A program made the translations under genes and the position numbers. The notes below the pieces were generated by a model. The model made no database searches and was not told the origin of the DNA. It worked only from the letters and a program-made list of their open reading frames with translations. Below are positions 13,971-28,268 of a stretch of DNA of 64,000 bases, piece after piece; position 1 is the stretch's first letter; each line of letters opens with the position of its first letter. This DNA comes from Rhynchobatus australiae (lineage: Eukaryota): the NCBI GenBank assembly GCA_034780895.1, contig JAUZTB010000042.1, positions 20,220,558 to 20,284,557 on the forward strand. The letters run 5' to 3'.

Positions 13971-14671
13971 GTCTCTCATTGAAGAGTCATGGTATGCTCA
14001 ACATAACTCACCGTTCCGATCCGATATATCTGCTGAACACTTCAGAGCTACTGTGTGCATCTCCATATTGCTGAATATTTGACTCTGAAAGAAGTAGATG
14101 TTATTTGACTGTTAACATCAGTCAAGGAAAGGTTGGGCAACGACATCATTATCAATTTAATGATACAAGTACAGGTTGCCATCTGTTTGTTGATCAATTT
14201 AGAGCAATGTTACCTCGGTATGCTGCCAATGCTGAAGTAGGTTTATGATTGTATATAAGATAGCACACTCTTGAACAATTACTTACTTATTTAAGCTGGG
14301 ATTATTGCAACATTGTCCAAATAAGCATCATTGCCCAATCATTGGCATTTCTGAATTCATTCCAAAGGAGTGGTTAAATGAGTTAATTTAGGAGAGCTCT
14401 ACCTTGCATAGGAACAAAAGGAATCTTAATTTTTTGCTTCAAAACTAATTTTGGTGGGCTGAGGGGGTGGGTGAGAGGGGGAAGCAGTTTCATTGATTCA
14501 GGCGAAGTTCAAAATTTTAAATGGTTCTTAGGTTCCTTGAGTTATTGGCCAATGTCTATCACCATAATATGTTACAGAAAAAGCAAAGCAACTCCATCTG
14601 TTCCATTCCCCCTCCTTTTTCTCCCTTGTATTCCTGAACTATTTTCTCTTTATTATGCATATAGTCCTCAC

Positions 14672-15298
14672 TGACGGGTCAGCAGTGGAAAGGGTGAGCA
14701 GCTTCAAGTTCCTGGGTGTAACATCTCAGAGGATCTACCCCGAGCCCAACACATTGATGCAGTCATGAAGAAGGCATGCCAGTGGCTCTACTTCATTAGG
14801 AGTGAGGAGATTTGGTATGCCACCGCTCTTGCAAATTTCTACAGGTGTACAGTGGAGAGCATTCTGACTGGTTACATCACCACCTGGTATGGAGGCTCTA
14901 ATGCACAGAATCAGAAGAGGCTGCAGAGGGTTGTAGTCTCAGCCAGATCCATCACATGCACAACTCTCCCTGCCATTGAGGACATCAAGAGGCAGTACCT
15001 CAAGAAGATGGCATCCATCCTTAAGTACTCTCACTATCAGGGACATGCCCTCTTCTCATTACTACTATTGGGGAGGAGGTATAGGAGCCTGAAGACATGC
15101 ACTTAACGTTTCAGGAACAGCTTCTTTTCCACCACCATCAGATTTCTGAATGGTCCATGACCACTACCTCACTATTCAGCTTTTGAACTAATTTATTTAG
15201 TAACTTATAGTAATTTTTAATGTGTTCCACTGTACTGCTGCCATAAAATGACGAATTTCACAACATATGTCAGTGATAATAAACCTGATTCTGATTCC
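14672..15298 (+). mobile_element. Rex1/Babar-clade LINE 3' fragment
   Basis: VSSFKFLGV...LANFYRCTVESILTGYITTWYGG...HALFSLL..GRRYRSLKT; ends aataaacctgattctgattc. Confidence 0.88.
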
Positions 15299-15299
15299 T

Positions 15300-15450
15300 T
15301 TGCCACATACTTACACTAAAGGGTCATTTACAGCGGCAAAATAGCTTACCAACACATCTTTGGAATGTGGGAGGAAACCAGAACTGGGATCAGAATCAAA
15401 CCCAGGTCCCTAGAGCTGTGAAGAAGGAGCACTAACTGCTGTGCCACCCC
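15300..15450 (-). mobile_element. HE1/V-SINE-type SINE remnant
   Basis: tctttggaatgtgggaggaaaccag is the reverse V-SINE core. A further copy lies at about 33340-33640. Confidence 0.65.
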
Positions 15451-17529
15451 TGTATGCAGCATTTATCTGCAAAGTTAATTTCAGCAGTGCCAAGAACATA
15501 GATTTTTGATTAATTGTTCCGAAAGGATTGTTTTTTTACTATTTTTGTTAAAAAAATTATTGTGTACATCTTTTAGTGTTTTTCACTTGTACTCTCATCT
15601 AGCTTTATTGTGAATTTAATATATAGAGAATTACTGGGAAATTAACTTACTTTTTGGGAATTATGTACCCAGAATGACTTTGCTTTGGACTTAAATGAAA
15701 GAATCAACAGCACTCACTTAACTGAATTTCTTCTTCTTCCTTTCCCTCATTCGCCATAAATTGTGTAATTATTGTGGCAAATATTATTTGCAAATTATTT
15801 GCAAATTTTTAATAAACTCCTTCAGGGCAAGTTCCCACATCTTTCCAGTTATGATGAATGCCACAGAATTACTGTTTAATGATGTTTCCTTCATCCCTCC
15901 CACAACAGCTGTTCTGATCTGCCCAAAAGGATTGAACTGCTCAGTAAAATTCAGTTTTGTTACTACACCAATATTACTGCTGTACTAAAGTTTAGAACAA
16001 AACTTGTGCTATATATTTCTATTTTCTAAAATCTGCATCTCATACTGTCCATTTTTTCCTGGGGGTAAAAATACCTGGGATTGAGAGTATTATGAAAGAT
16101 TTAGAATTTTATTTCACCACTTATTTTGCCCAAAACATTTCCAGTTGTAGACTGCCTAATTATAGAAATACTTGCTAAGGGTGAATTTACTTCATGCAGC
16201 ATCTATCTCAAAGAGAATCTGGTATTGCAGTAAAACAAAATTAGTAGTAACCTTTCCATTGATTTGATAAAGAGGAAATTTTCACTAATCTTGGGTGATG
16301 AACAGTGGCAGGTGCAAGGGTTTCAAATAACAAGCTGCACTTAGCTTGAGTCATAAGTGGCAATGCCAAGTGTGACTGTTGTTATTTGCTGCACACAATT
16401 TATAGACTCTGTGGTCTTCGAGATAAAACAGAATGAAATGTACTGAAGCTTTGTAAACCAGATTGCTGCCACCTGAGAATATTTGGCTGCAATGCTGAAG
16501 ATTGCATTGTTGGCTGGAATTCTATGTTCTGTTTACTCCTATTGAAATTGAAGGGGGAGGAAAATCTGTTAGCCATTGTAGAGAATTGAAGGTACCCCTT
16601 CCTCCCCCTCATTATATGTCTTTGTGGCTTATTTATAACTAGAGTTTTCAGTTGCACTTTGGAAAGTCTCTTGCATTCATTGTATTTTAAAAAAAGGCCC
16701 CTGGGTGTCACTACCAGAGACCTGAGAGATTCCAGCAAGGGTGGATCACAGCTGAATGTTGCAATAGCCCGTCAGTGTAGGGTTTCTACTGTTATGGTTA
16801 GTGCAATGTTGTAATAATGTGTGTGGGATATTACAAAAATAAAGAAGCCATTCATGATATGCCTTGGCAGTTGAGCCGATGTAATAAAATGTGTAAGTAA
16901 ATGGAAACTATGAGGCCTGCCCAGATGTCCTGAAAAATTTGGGCATGGAAATACTGTATATGCTGACTGATTTCTGACCACTGAAGCAGGATAATGTGCA
17001 TCACTTTGAGTTGATTTAATTGAACAATTGCATCAGTCACATTTTGATGCTGGGCTGTAATTGTTTAAACTTTCAATGTTCAAAATATTTAATTTTATCC
17101 ACAATTGCAGCCATCCAAACTTCTCTGTGCCTCTCAAAAAAAAATCCTTTCCTTCAGATAGGGTCAGAAGGTGAAGGCACTGGTAGGTGAGCTTGTGCAC
17201 TGGCCATATGGGAACTGCCAAAGATGCCGTGTTCAAGCTCTTCCTTTTTGTGTGGGCACCTGTCTCTGATAATGAACTCACAACCTTTTTAATAACATGT
17301 TGGATTACTGTGTGTTGGACTTTTCACACCGTAAACAATTACACCATTGCCTGATCTCAGTATTTCTTGACCACTCTTCTGTAGCTCCTTTTGATTAAAT
17401 TTGGTTTTCATGTCAGAACAGCAAAATTATAGACACAGTGTTGAATATAATATGTGCTTCTGTTACTGTAATAATTGGTTAGTGTTTGTGGGCATGCCAG
17501 GAGCTTGTTTACAATGTAGAATGTTCACA

Positions 17530-19000
17530 ATACATTAAGTTGTACAACACAGAAATGGACCTTTGGCCTACTATTGTCCATTCTGACCTTTTTGTTCATC
17601 TACACAAATCCCATGCTAGGGTTGTATCCTTCTATCTTTGCCTATTTAAGTATCTGTCTAAGTACCTCTTTAAACATCATGATAGTATTTGATACCACCA
17701 CCTACATTGGCAGTACATTCTAGATATCAGCGACTCTTTGTGTAAAACAAAATTTTCGCCTTTGGATCACCTATGAAACTGCTTCCCTCAGCTTAAACCT
17801 GTGCTTTGTTTTTGATACCCCTACTGTTGGAGGGGTGGGGGGAAGATATTGACTATCTACCTTATCAATGCCTCTCACAATCTTCCATACAGTACTTTTC
17901 CCAGATCATCCCTCAACTTACATTGCTTCAGCGAAAACAAACCCTACCCAGTTTCTCCCCATAACTAAAGTTCTCCAATCCAGTCAACGTCCTAGTGAAT
18001 ATCCTTTGCACTCTCTCCAGCACAATCACATCCTTCTTATAATATGGCAACCAGAACTGCACACAATACTCCAAGTGTGGTCTAACCAGTGTTTTATAAA
18101 GTTGCAACATAGCATTCCAAATCTTATATTCTATGCCCCAACCTATGAAGGCAAGTGTACAGTGTGCTTTCTTCACCACCCTATCTACCTGTGTTGCCAT
18201 TTTCAGGGAACTACGACCTTGAACCCCAATGTCAACGTTCCTCAGGATCTCACCATTTACTGTATATGTAATATCCTTATTTGATTTCCCAAAATGTATC
18301 GCCTTTCACTTGTTGGGATCAAATTCCATCTCCAATGCTCCGCCCAACTTTCCAATCAGAAAAAACTCTTCCATCACTACCCTCTGCTTCCTATCACTAA
18401 GCCAATTTTGGATCCCATGCATCTAAATCAGTCTACCATTTGGGACCTTGTCAAATGCCTTACCAAAGTTCATATAGACAACATCCACCATCCTGCCTTC
18501 ATCGGTCTCTATCTCAAAAAAAACTTCTCAATTTGGTGAGGTAGCTTTCTCCCCTTTACAAGGCCAGGCTGACTATTCCTAATTTGTCCCTGCCTTTCCA
18601 AGTATATAAGTTCATGGGCCTGTAGTTACCTGGCTTATCCCTGCTTCCTTGTAAAATAAAGGAACAATATTAGCTATCCTCCAGTTTTCTGGTACCTTGC
18701 CTACCCCTAGTGAAGATGCAAAAGTCTCCGTCAGGGCTCCATCAATCTCCCTTTCTCCCCCGCTGCATTCTAGGATATATCTCACCTGACCCAGGGGATT
18801 TATCCACCCTTATGCGTTCCAAAACATCAAACGCCTCCACCTTCATAATACCTAGGTGTTCCAGCCAATCAACTATCCCTCCCTGAACTCACTATCCCCC
18901 ACGTCCTTCCCTTGGTTAATACAGAAAAGAACTATCTATTTAGGACCTTACCCACATCCCCTGGCTCCACACACAGATTTATCCTTCGGTCCCAGAAGGT
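17530..19000 (-). mobile_element. CR1 LINE 3' fragment, degenerate
   Basis: Minus-strand ORF ...MLQLYKTLVRPHLEYCVQFWLPYYKKDVIVLERVQRIFTR, plus upstream RT remnants. Confidence 0.88.
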
Positions 19001-19656
19001 GGTTATGGTGGAACCTGACCTAAGCAGGCCAAATGTAAAAGTAATTTTAAAACATTTTAGGAGGAATTAATTTGTAAATTAGTGAAACAAAGTGGTGTAT
19101 TTGTACAAAATTTTACAATTTATAGATAATGACTTACCTCTGAATAATGGCTTCACATACTTGGTGCCAACCTGTAAATCCAACATTCTGCATACAGCTG
19201 GCTACCATAAATAACAATGTGATTATGCCCTGATAAGTTGTTCAAGTAAGCTTGGTTAAGTTATAAATATTCCCAGGAAAATTGGGGATACGTCTTCTAC
19301 CCCACAAAATAGTGTCATGTGATCTTTTATGTCTACTATAGGTTATGGACTGGACTGTTACTTAATGATTCCTTCAAAAGGCTGCAAACCTTAAAGTAGG
19401 CATCTCTCAGTACTGGAGTGTCAGTCTAAACTTTTGTATTCAAGTCACTGGATTGGATAACAGAGCAGTGTATTAGCATGCAGCATAGCAGCAGTTGACG
19501 TTGTAGGTAACACTTGTAATCTAGTTGAAGTTAACCTGATCCAGCTGCAGAAATACAAATACCAGATGGGGGCAAGAAATTTTCTTTAAGGGGTAGACGG
19601 ATGAAGATCAGATGAAGAGAACTGAAACAAGTAGCACCGTGCATATATTTCCATGA

Positions 19657-21750
19657 ACTATTTCCACAATCTGCAGGAGGTTAGATTGCTGGAGCACTGT
19701 TACACTGTGGACGCCCCTGTCAACTTAGGAATCCAAAGCACAGATAGCAGAAGTCAGAGCTTCCAGTGCAGTGTGTCCGTTGAGTGACTTCTGCCTGTGC
19801 TGCAATAGAGGTTCTGCCAGAACTTATAGCACCATGGGCTGAAATAGCTCAAAACATTTTGCAAAATGACACTTTCTGCTGGTTAAGCTAAAAATGAAGC
19901 AATGGCAGTTCAGGACAAGCTACATGGTGATCCTGTTGAATATGAGAAAAAACACTAAAAGGAGAAAAGTGGGGAAGATAATTTGTCCCAGCCCTGAAAA
20001 AAGATGTGGCACATTTAAATGTGCAGTCTTGATTTACAGTTTGGCACCAAGTACATGAAGGCATTATTCATAGGCAAGTCATCCCAAGAAGGCAAGTGGC
20101 AGTTTTCATAAGTGGGATTGGGTGACTGGAGGAGTCTACAGATTTTTATTTTTAAAGATGTCATTTTAATATACAGCAAATAAATTGTACAATGAAGGGA
20201 CAAGAATTATGATTGATTCTGCTTATACTATCAAACTTTGAATCATTTTTATCAGTTTAATGAGAATTTGCCAGGCATCCATTATTAAAGAACATCATCA
20301 GATCCATTATCAGGGAAGTCTTCCAGCCCACTATGCCTGTGTTGACTCTTTGGAAAAAATTGTTAAATTGATTTCCCCCAAAACGCATCTTATTCCCTGT
20401 GACCCCACAAGTTAGACCTCTCAGTGTAGGTCCAATTATATTTTGAAAGTTAATTCTAAGATCAGTTTGATTCTACCACCTTTTTAGTCGGTGTGTTAAA
20501 CAACTTTCTGCACGATGAAGTTGTATTCATCTCTCCTCCAGTTCATTTTGTAAGTGTTTTAAATGCATAGATTCTGCTCACTGTTCCACTCTCTGGAGGA
20601 ACTGGTTTCTTCTCAGTTGCTTACTGATAACCCCTCCCTCATCCCCTAATACTGAATATCACAAATGGGTTTTCTTTCAACCTCATGAACCTTCCTTTGA
20701 ATCCTTCTAACCCACCACCCACAACTCCAGCCCCCACTCCACCCAATCCCACATATCATCCTGTAAAACCCTTTTACTTTCTATCAGCCACTGGTATTCC
20801 CCTAAAATCTGGTGGCCAGGATTGCACCTCCTATTTCAGCTTAAGACCTAACCACAAATTCAGAAAGCTTCAGTGTGACATTCACCTTGTTCTACTGAAT
20901 GCACTGTTTACAATAACCAGTATCTTATCTTCTCACTGGGCCTGTATTTCCAAAGATTTGTTTATTTTGCCCTCTCAGATTCCTCTGATGTTGGAAAGTT
21001 ATAAACTAATGTACATCGAGAAACAAGAACTCTGTGAGAAACCACATCTGTGGCAAACTAAGGTTAAGAATAATAGTAAATTTATATTGTTGCCAAGAAG
21101 AATGGAAGGTCTGAGGATTGAAATAGTCTCGGGAAACCAGAACAGATCATCAAAAATTTGATAAAGGCAACAGTATGAATATGGAAATAAATTAGCAAGG
21201 AATATAAATGAAATTGAAGAGCTTCTATAGCTTTGTAAAAAGAATAGCAAAGATAAATTGGATCCATGGAGATGGTGACAACAGAAATTGTAATGTGGAA
21301 TGAAGAAATTCCTGGCACACTAAACAACTTTTGTATCTGTTTTCACTGCAGAAGATTCAGTAAATGTAGCAGAAATGGAGGGGAACCCAGGGTCTAATGA
21401 CATTAAGTAATTCAGGCCAGTAAAGAGGAAATATCAAAGAAAATAAGGAAACCAAAACCAGAAAAATCTTCTTGACCTGACAGATTACTAACCAGAATTT
21501 GAAAAGCTGCCAAAGCATTAGTGATGATCTTCACACGGCCAATTCATATCTTTGGAGTCACTGCCATTTCCCTGGGGCAGGTTATCGACTATTTCAGCAA
21601 TCTGCAGGAGGTTAGATTGCTGGAGCACTGTAACACTGTGGAAGCCCCTGTCAACTTAGGAATCCAAAGCAAAGACAGCAGAAGTCAGAACTTCCAGTGC
21701 AACATGTTTGTTGGGTGACTTCTGCCTGTGCTGCAACAGAGGTTCTGCCA
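19657..21750 (+). repeat. Dispersed direct repeat, two 163-bp copies (19657-19819 and 21588-21750)
   Basis: Manual alignment gives no indels and about 14 mismatches (about 91% identity). Confidence 0.9.
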
Positions 21751-22389
21751 ATAGAAGTTCCACTATAGTTTCTTCTGTGTGTGTTAACATGAAACTGGCC
21801 ACTACTTGAGTGCTGGAATGGATGTGCTTCAGACCAAAAGTGAAAGGTTAGAGTTGGACTTTCCCTTTCTCACAAATATTTATGGAGACTTTTGGGTAAA
21901 GTGAATCATACCTCAAGCATCTTGCTGTGCACAGTGATCAACTTTGTTCTGTGCTCGCTTCGAGAAGTGTAAGAATTTGACTTGGTGGCTACAACTGTCA
22001 GATACAGTGACTTTCTCCTTTAACAATTGAGATTAGCTCTTCCGCCAGGGCATGGCAGGTAGTAGTTGTGTATCTAATGCGCATGGTTCCTTGTTGCAAG
22101 GGGAGGTGGGAATAGGGGGTGGGGTGGGAAGTCAAAGCAATTATGTTGCAAGGAATACATTTAAACCTTCTGCCTGTTATGACAGAAAAGCCTTTGAAAT
22201 GATGGGAGGAGGAGGTAATTTATCCTGGGTGATCTCCGATCAAATCAATGGCCACAGGGTTCTGTGGCAGTCGAGCTCTTGAATGCTGAAACTCATTGCT
22301 CCAGAGGGAGGGTATGCTACTCAGGCTGTGGTTGAGTGCAGTGTCCTGCAGCAGGAGAGGAGGAAGTCAGTGAGCCTGTTGCAATGCAC

Positions 22390-22525
22390 ATCAAAGTCAA
22401 GTTTACTGTCATATACACAAGTCCATGTATGCACAGGTGCAATGAGAAACTTGCAGCAGCATCACAGGCACATAGCATCAGATACACAACATTCACAAGA
22501 AAAACATAAATTAACAACATAAATT
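22390..22525 (-). mobile_element. Rex1-like 3' end (different subfamily)
   Basis: tcaaagtcaagtttactgtcat...gcagcagcatcacaggcaca reads as the reverse of a LINE 3' tail. Confidence 0.5.
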
Positions 22526-23276
22526 ATACGGGGGGGGGGGGAAATGAAAGGAATGTAAGTAGCTAGGAGGTGATAGGTGGAAGAGGCAAAGGGCTAGAGA
22601 AGAAGGAATCCGATAGGAGATTGTGTATGACATTTGGGGTGTATGTATGATTGCATTGGTGCAGGTGTTAGTGCTGTTTCTTTGACATTAACCAGTTTTG
22701 AAGTCACTAAACTCATTCCAATACTGGGACAGACCTTCAAGGCATCCCCTCTCTGACCATCACCTCAGACACCCAATTCATTTTAGACATGAGTGACCTC
22801 CTGCCCCTACCTTTCAAGCCCTCTATTGCATATCCCCGTTGAGTAGGATCTCAAGATTGATATCAGTGAAATGGGGTGCCTGCTCCCTTTCCTGTGTTGC
22901 CTTTGGTCACAGCGCTTCAAAAGCCACAAAATATCCTCCAGCCACTGGTTGAACACAGTGTTTGTTTTCCTTTAAGAGGTGCAGGCATGATGTGAATTAA
23001 TGCAGGTTTTTTTTGTTAGTATGTCGAACTCCTGCAGTGTGTCTTAATACCTACAGTAATGAGGAAAGTGTAGCAGCTGGTGCCTCCAAAGTGTAGAAGT
23101 CTGAACACAGTGTTCAAAATAATAACATTGGGACAGCTTGGCAAAGGTTTCTTCCACAATACCATTTGACCACATTACAAATACATGGGCAGGTCAGTTT
23201 AACACAACAGAATTGCACTGAAGTGCCAGCCTAGATTAGAAGTATAGAGAATAGAATACCAAAAATATAACTGACC

Positions 23277-23415
23277 ACTTCTGATGAAAGATCAGTGGCC
23301 TGAAATGTTAACTCTTGTTTCTATCTTCATAGAAGCTGTTTGACTTTGAGTATTTCTAACATTTTAAAAAAATTTTATTTCAGATTTCCAGAATCTCTTG
23401 TATTTTGCTTTCAAT
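23277..23415 (+). mobile_element. Penelope-derived terminal repeat with degenerate hammerhead motif
   Basis: CTGATGA-a-agatca.tggcct-GAAATGT-t-aact, followed by the typical gctg..tgac...gagtatttc 3' segment. Related pieces at about 13785-13885, 23985-24090, 35421-35520, 40503-40575 (-) and 48493-48540. Confidence 0.6.
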
Positions 23416-23592
23416 AGAAAGATTTTTGAATTGTAAAGTTAGCTCAGTATTTCATTCCAATGGGACTGCTTGGCTTGCTGAATGTTTTAATAATCATTCG
23501 TGTCAATTCTTTTATGATTAAATGTTTTTAGAATGTATAAATAGGGACACTGCTGTGAACTAATGAAAATATTTAATGTTTCCCTTGTACAG

Positions 23593-23688
23593 TTAGTGGG
23601 TCAAGCAAATTTGCACATATTTGAAGATTGGTGTGGTGGCTCTGTTGATCAGCTCAGGAAAAATATTCACTTCCCCCTCTTCCCACAT
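23593..23688 (+). CDS. B4GALNT3: B4GALNT3-like exon (human exon 4 equivalent; start of PA14 region)
   Basis: ttgtacag|...|gtgagt, 96 nt, phase 0-0. [32 protein letters not shown] matches the NLHVFEDWCG...HFPL(F/Y)PH motif of B4GALNT3/4. Confidence 0.95.
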
Positions 23689-25631
23689 GTGAGTATTAAT
23701 TATATTTATGCTGGTAAGAAGTTGGGACCAGTCATTTGGAATCTTCACAATCTTTACAAGTTATTATTACTTGCTGCAGTTTGTATCATTGTATCTCCAA
23801 TGAGGCTTTGAAAGTGATGGAACTAGGATTAACTGCCCATTTACTGTATCTTAGGTTAGGCAGAGCAGAGCTCTGTGCTCTTATAGCAGTGGTAGTTATG
23901 TTATATTATTTTGAAGAGTTAATAGGTAACTTAAAGTTTTCAACCCTGCAAGAGGACTGGATTCCTTTTCTACCATAGATTCCATTCCTCTCCTCCCACA
24001 GATGCTGCCTGACTTATTGAGCTCCTTCAGCAGATTGTTTGTTTGTTTGTTACTCCACATTTTGGCATCTGCTGTCTCTTGTGTCTCCAGCTCGATTAAA
24101 CCTGAGTGTTTTTATGCAGACCACAAGATGCACTCTAGCACAAAAGCTGTGAATTCCACCACCTGGAAGGATAAAGGCAACAGGTGAATGGAAGTAACAC
24201 CAGCTCAAAGTTCCCTTCCCAGTTTTACGTGTTAAACCCTAACTAACATTGCTGTGGCAGCACCTGTGTACAGGTTGCAGCTGGGCAAGAAGGCTGCCCA
24301 CCACCTGTTTCACCTGTAGCAATATGACCTTTCTGAAAGAAAGTAAGTCAAGCATGAGAAAAATTCTTTCACTCCAAGTTTGGCCCACAAGCACTCTAAA
24401 TGCTTGTGTTGATTCCAACTATTCCCTAAGCATTTCTAAGGTGTACAGCATAAACATTTTCCCTCAATTGTATGAAGTGGTGTATGTGTGTTGTAGTTTG
24501 CTTCAAAAACTTAGCATGCATGACCAATTTTTTTGGTATTTTCTCTAATTTAATTTGCTTGGTGTATACCCCAGGCATTGATTAGCTTTTACATGAGGCA
24601 GTTTTCCCTGATTTTGTTTACATAGTAGCTTGTANNNNNNNNNNTTTACCACATTCCACCATCTTTTGAAGAGATTACAGCCTGCAGAATTACATTCTTG
24701 TGAGAAAAGCATGAACTTTCTAAGTTGGTACAAATGCATTCTTTCTTGAAAATAAAATGCCCCATTCATTGTGAAAATGGAATAATATCCAAAAAAACCC
24801 TGAATGTATTTAAACAAAAATTGCATCTCATTTTAATTTTTAGTATCCTGTCACATTGGGTTATTTTCCTTCCATTCACATCCATTGCTATTTTCACTTG
24901 ATATATTTGTGGTCACTTTCATAAATATTTTGTAAAAACAAGAGCAAATGGAATTTGTGAGCATTTAATAGTTTATAGCTTTATCTGCACTTGTTTGTTA
25001 TCATGTAAGATTTAGTTTGAGAAAATTGCATAAGCAAACACGTAACTCTGCCTGCTCCTGGGAAGAATGTTAAGTTGCCTAAACTGAGAGAATGGTACAT
25101 GTGTGAAATCAGGAGGCACTTTAATACAAATCCTGAACCTACCTCCTCAAAATTCAAATCAATGGAAGCATTCATGATTAATAGATTTTTATTTTTTGAG
25201 GATACATTAAGGGATATACTGTGGGGGTTAGGGAGATACAGATCAAATATGAATTGATTAAGTGTCAAAACACCAATTTGTGTATCCAAGAGGAATCAAG
25301 ACAGGTACGGGGCAAGAGCACAAGTGCTGAGTTGGGAAAGATGCATGGCATTCGATTATTGTTTAGGAGGAGGGGGGGATGGTGAAGAGATTGAAAATTT
25401 CTTGAAAATAAAAGTGTGTTTTCTTCACCTAGATTATTTACTTGCATTATTATAAGATAAAGAGAAGACATCAGAATTAATTTGAATTATAAAATTGAAT
25501 TGGCCTTTAACTAATTATGGAAGTGCTCATGCACTGGAGATATGAAAAATGTTTATGCTAGTAATCCTGACTAACACAGACCACTTTATTTGATTGATCT
25601 TCCTGTTTTGTGAATGTCATTTCATTTCCAG

Positions 25632-25722
25632 ACACGGACTGTGGTCAAGAAGTTGGCAGTGGCACCAAGATGGACCAACTATGGGCTCAGGATATTTGGC
25701 TATATTCATCCCTATGCGGAAA
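25632..25722 (+). CDS. B4GALNT3: B4GALNT3-like exon (human exon 5 equivalent; PA14 domain)
   Basis: tttccag|...|gtaagt, 91 nt, phase 0-1. [30 protein letters not shown]; [11 protein letters not shown] is the B4GALNT3-type variant. Confidence 0.95.
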
Positions 25723-28167
25723 GTAAGTTGGTTTCTCCGTTGGTTCTTGTCTCTGCCACCACAGACAGAATCCTATTTCCTGAAGTCAGCATTGCTTTTC
25801 AAGTGACCAGTGCACAACCCCTGTTTACTTTCTTAAAAAATACAGAAAATAAATGGTTTTTAAACAAGGGTACAGACCATACTGTTTTGGTATTCTGCTA
25901 ACCTTTTGAGTTGCTTAAGCAACATATTAGTAATGTAGCAAGAATATGCTGCTATAAGATTATCTGGTTGCAATGCTTTTAGTTTCCATTTTGGGTATTG
26001 CAGTGCAAAGTTTTGCTTCTTAAGAAAATGAATTATTAAAAAAATATAATCTTCTGAACTCTGGAAATTTGGGGAGACTGCTATTTAATATGTCATGTTA
26101 TCACTGAACTTTGTATTTCCAGTACTACATGCTTGGATTGTGAAGAAGTTAGCAGTCAAACCGCCCTCTCCCCTTGGATTGATCCAGATCTGTTAAGTGT
26201 ACAGTGAAGGGCCAATGTGCTGTGTTAATTTCATGGGTAAAGGATTATAGAGAATAAATAAAAGATTATAATAAAAATATTATATTAAATATAATTTTTA
26301 CAGATGAAAGATGACTTCGTAACCTTTGAGTGTTAGAATTATGTGAATTATGTCCTTTAAATAAAAGTTGTTTAATTTGTTCCTCATTTTGAGCCTTAAT
26401 AGGTCTTCAAGTGGACTTTATCCTTATGTTAAGTTAAAGAATTGCAAACAATAATAATGAAATCTTGATTTTCCATGAAAGCACTGTTGGCTGATTAAAG
26501 GTTTGTTGTATCTCTAATATATTTTGCTTGGACCCCTTTAATGAAATTTGTGCGGTTATTTGACCTATTGTCATCTACATTACAAATTTTTTCTACAGTC
26601 GTTACTAGCAAACAATGACTATTTTGTTTATATCAGAACAGCCATTGCACTTCAAAAGAAAAGTAATTCATTGTGTGATGGGTGGTCGTATATTAGCAAA
26701 TGACTTTTTGCCAATTTCGTGAAGTAAAGAAATAGTTCAAAAGGAAACAATCTGTTGCTTATATGGTAAGGAAACAGTTAAATAAATAACCTTGGGAGGA
26801 ACAGAATGAGCAATACCATATATTAGGAGACTTGGAATTCTTTCCAAGTGTGAAAAATCCATTCTCCCTGATTAGAGCTGGGCCAGAAGTAGAAATATCT
26901 TAAGCAATCTTGGTCCACTTGTTGGTGATTGAATCTACTGTATAAACAGTAAGAGCAGTTTACCATATAAAGAAAGATTCACATTTATATAGCAGCTTTC
27001 AAGTGATTTGTAGGACACCCCAAATCATTTTGCTTCCAGCGAAGATCTTTTGAAGTGTAGTTATATGTTATCCTTTCTGCTGAGATGGTTTCTTGTGAGG
27101 TTCACGTGTTTTGGAGGGCAAACCTGCCCTTCCTCACTTTTATTGAAACTATTCTCATGCTGGAATGTTGTTGATATCGGGTTAAAATATCAAAGCTTGT
27201 TCATGAGACAGGAAGAAGAAAATCTGTTCTTCTTAAAGAAATATTATATAGATGCATGCATTGATATTTTGAGGAGATCCCTACTATTATTGACATTGAA
27301 GTAAACCAATGGATTACTTTTGAGGTGGAGTAATTATTATTACAAAAGCAATCATCAGTTAATTTGTGCCAGGAGATTCACACAAACAGTAAATGACATA
27401 ATGTTTAGTTAGTCTGCTGTTGTTTTAAAGTATTGCCCAGAAGATGTTACTTCTGACAGTCCTTTGATCTTTTAAATTCTGAAAGCATGAATTAAAAGCA
27501 AAGTTACACCCAACTGGGCCAAGCTAGTGTTCCTGTAATAAACCAAAATAATATATACAAGTCAATTTTTGCAAAACACAATCAAATATACCAATAGTCC
27601 TCCAGTGTGGTGTGGTACATAATAGGAGGATGTAAGATTGTGGATATTATTTACTACTTCCAGCCTCGCCTCTATGGCCAAGGATGAGGGGTAGGTACCT
27701 CTTTGCAGGAAGTGAAAAGGAACAATGGAATATGCCATGGATATATTTTTGTGTGTACTTATAATCAGTGGACAAGTGGAATTGTTAAAGCCCAAGGAAT
27801 AAATCTGACGTGACTCATGAGTGCATGCACTTTCTGCTGTGATTTTTAGGCCGAAAGACCATCTTGGTCTCAAGTTCATTATGTTTGGTGCTCCATTCTC
27901 AACCAAGAGAATAGCAGGGATGGAGGTATTCCTAATCATAAGCAAATGACTTGTGCTTTGGGTGGGTTTAAGATAAGAATAGGATTGGATCCATTGTGAT
28001 AATTTCCTCTCTTTTCAGAGTCAAACAATCTAACATGCATTTGTTATTTATGTTCTTAATTCACATGTAAAACAAAAGGAAATGCTTTGTCAGAGGGTTA
28101 CTCCTCCCCATGAGTTCTTATCTAGCACAAATGTAAAGTTAATTATTCTTAATGTTCCATGTTTCAG

Positions 28168-28268
28168 GTGCATTTCAATTTGCCGTGGCTTCCGATGATA
28201 ATTCTGAGTTTTGGTTAAGTGCAGATGACAACCCTTCAAATGTCACACTATTGGCGAGAGTTGGAAAG
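28168..28268 (+). CDS. B4GALNT3: B4GALNT3-like exon (human exon 6 equivalent; PA14 domain)
   Basis: gtttcag|...|gtatga, 101 nt, phase 1-0. [33 protein letters not shown] contains the PA14 SDD motif. Confidence 0.95.

Noticed and set aside
20685-21161. 158-aa ORF with a Pro-rich start
   Set aside because: Low-complexity C-rich DNA plus decayed CR1 pieces; no splice signals or recognisable domain.
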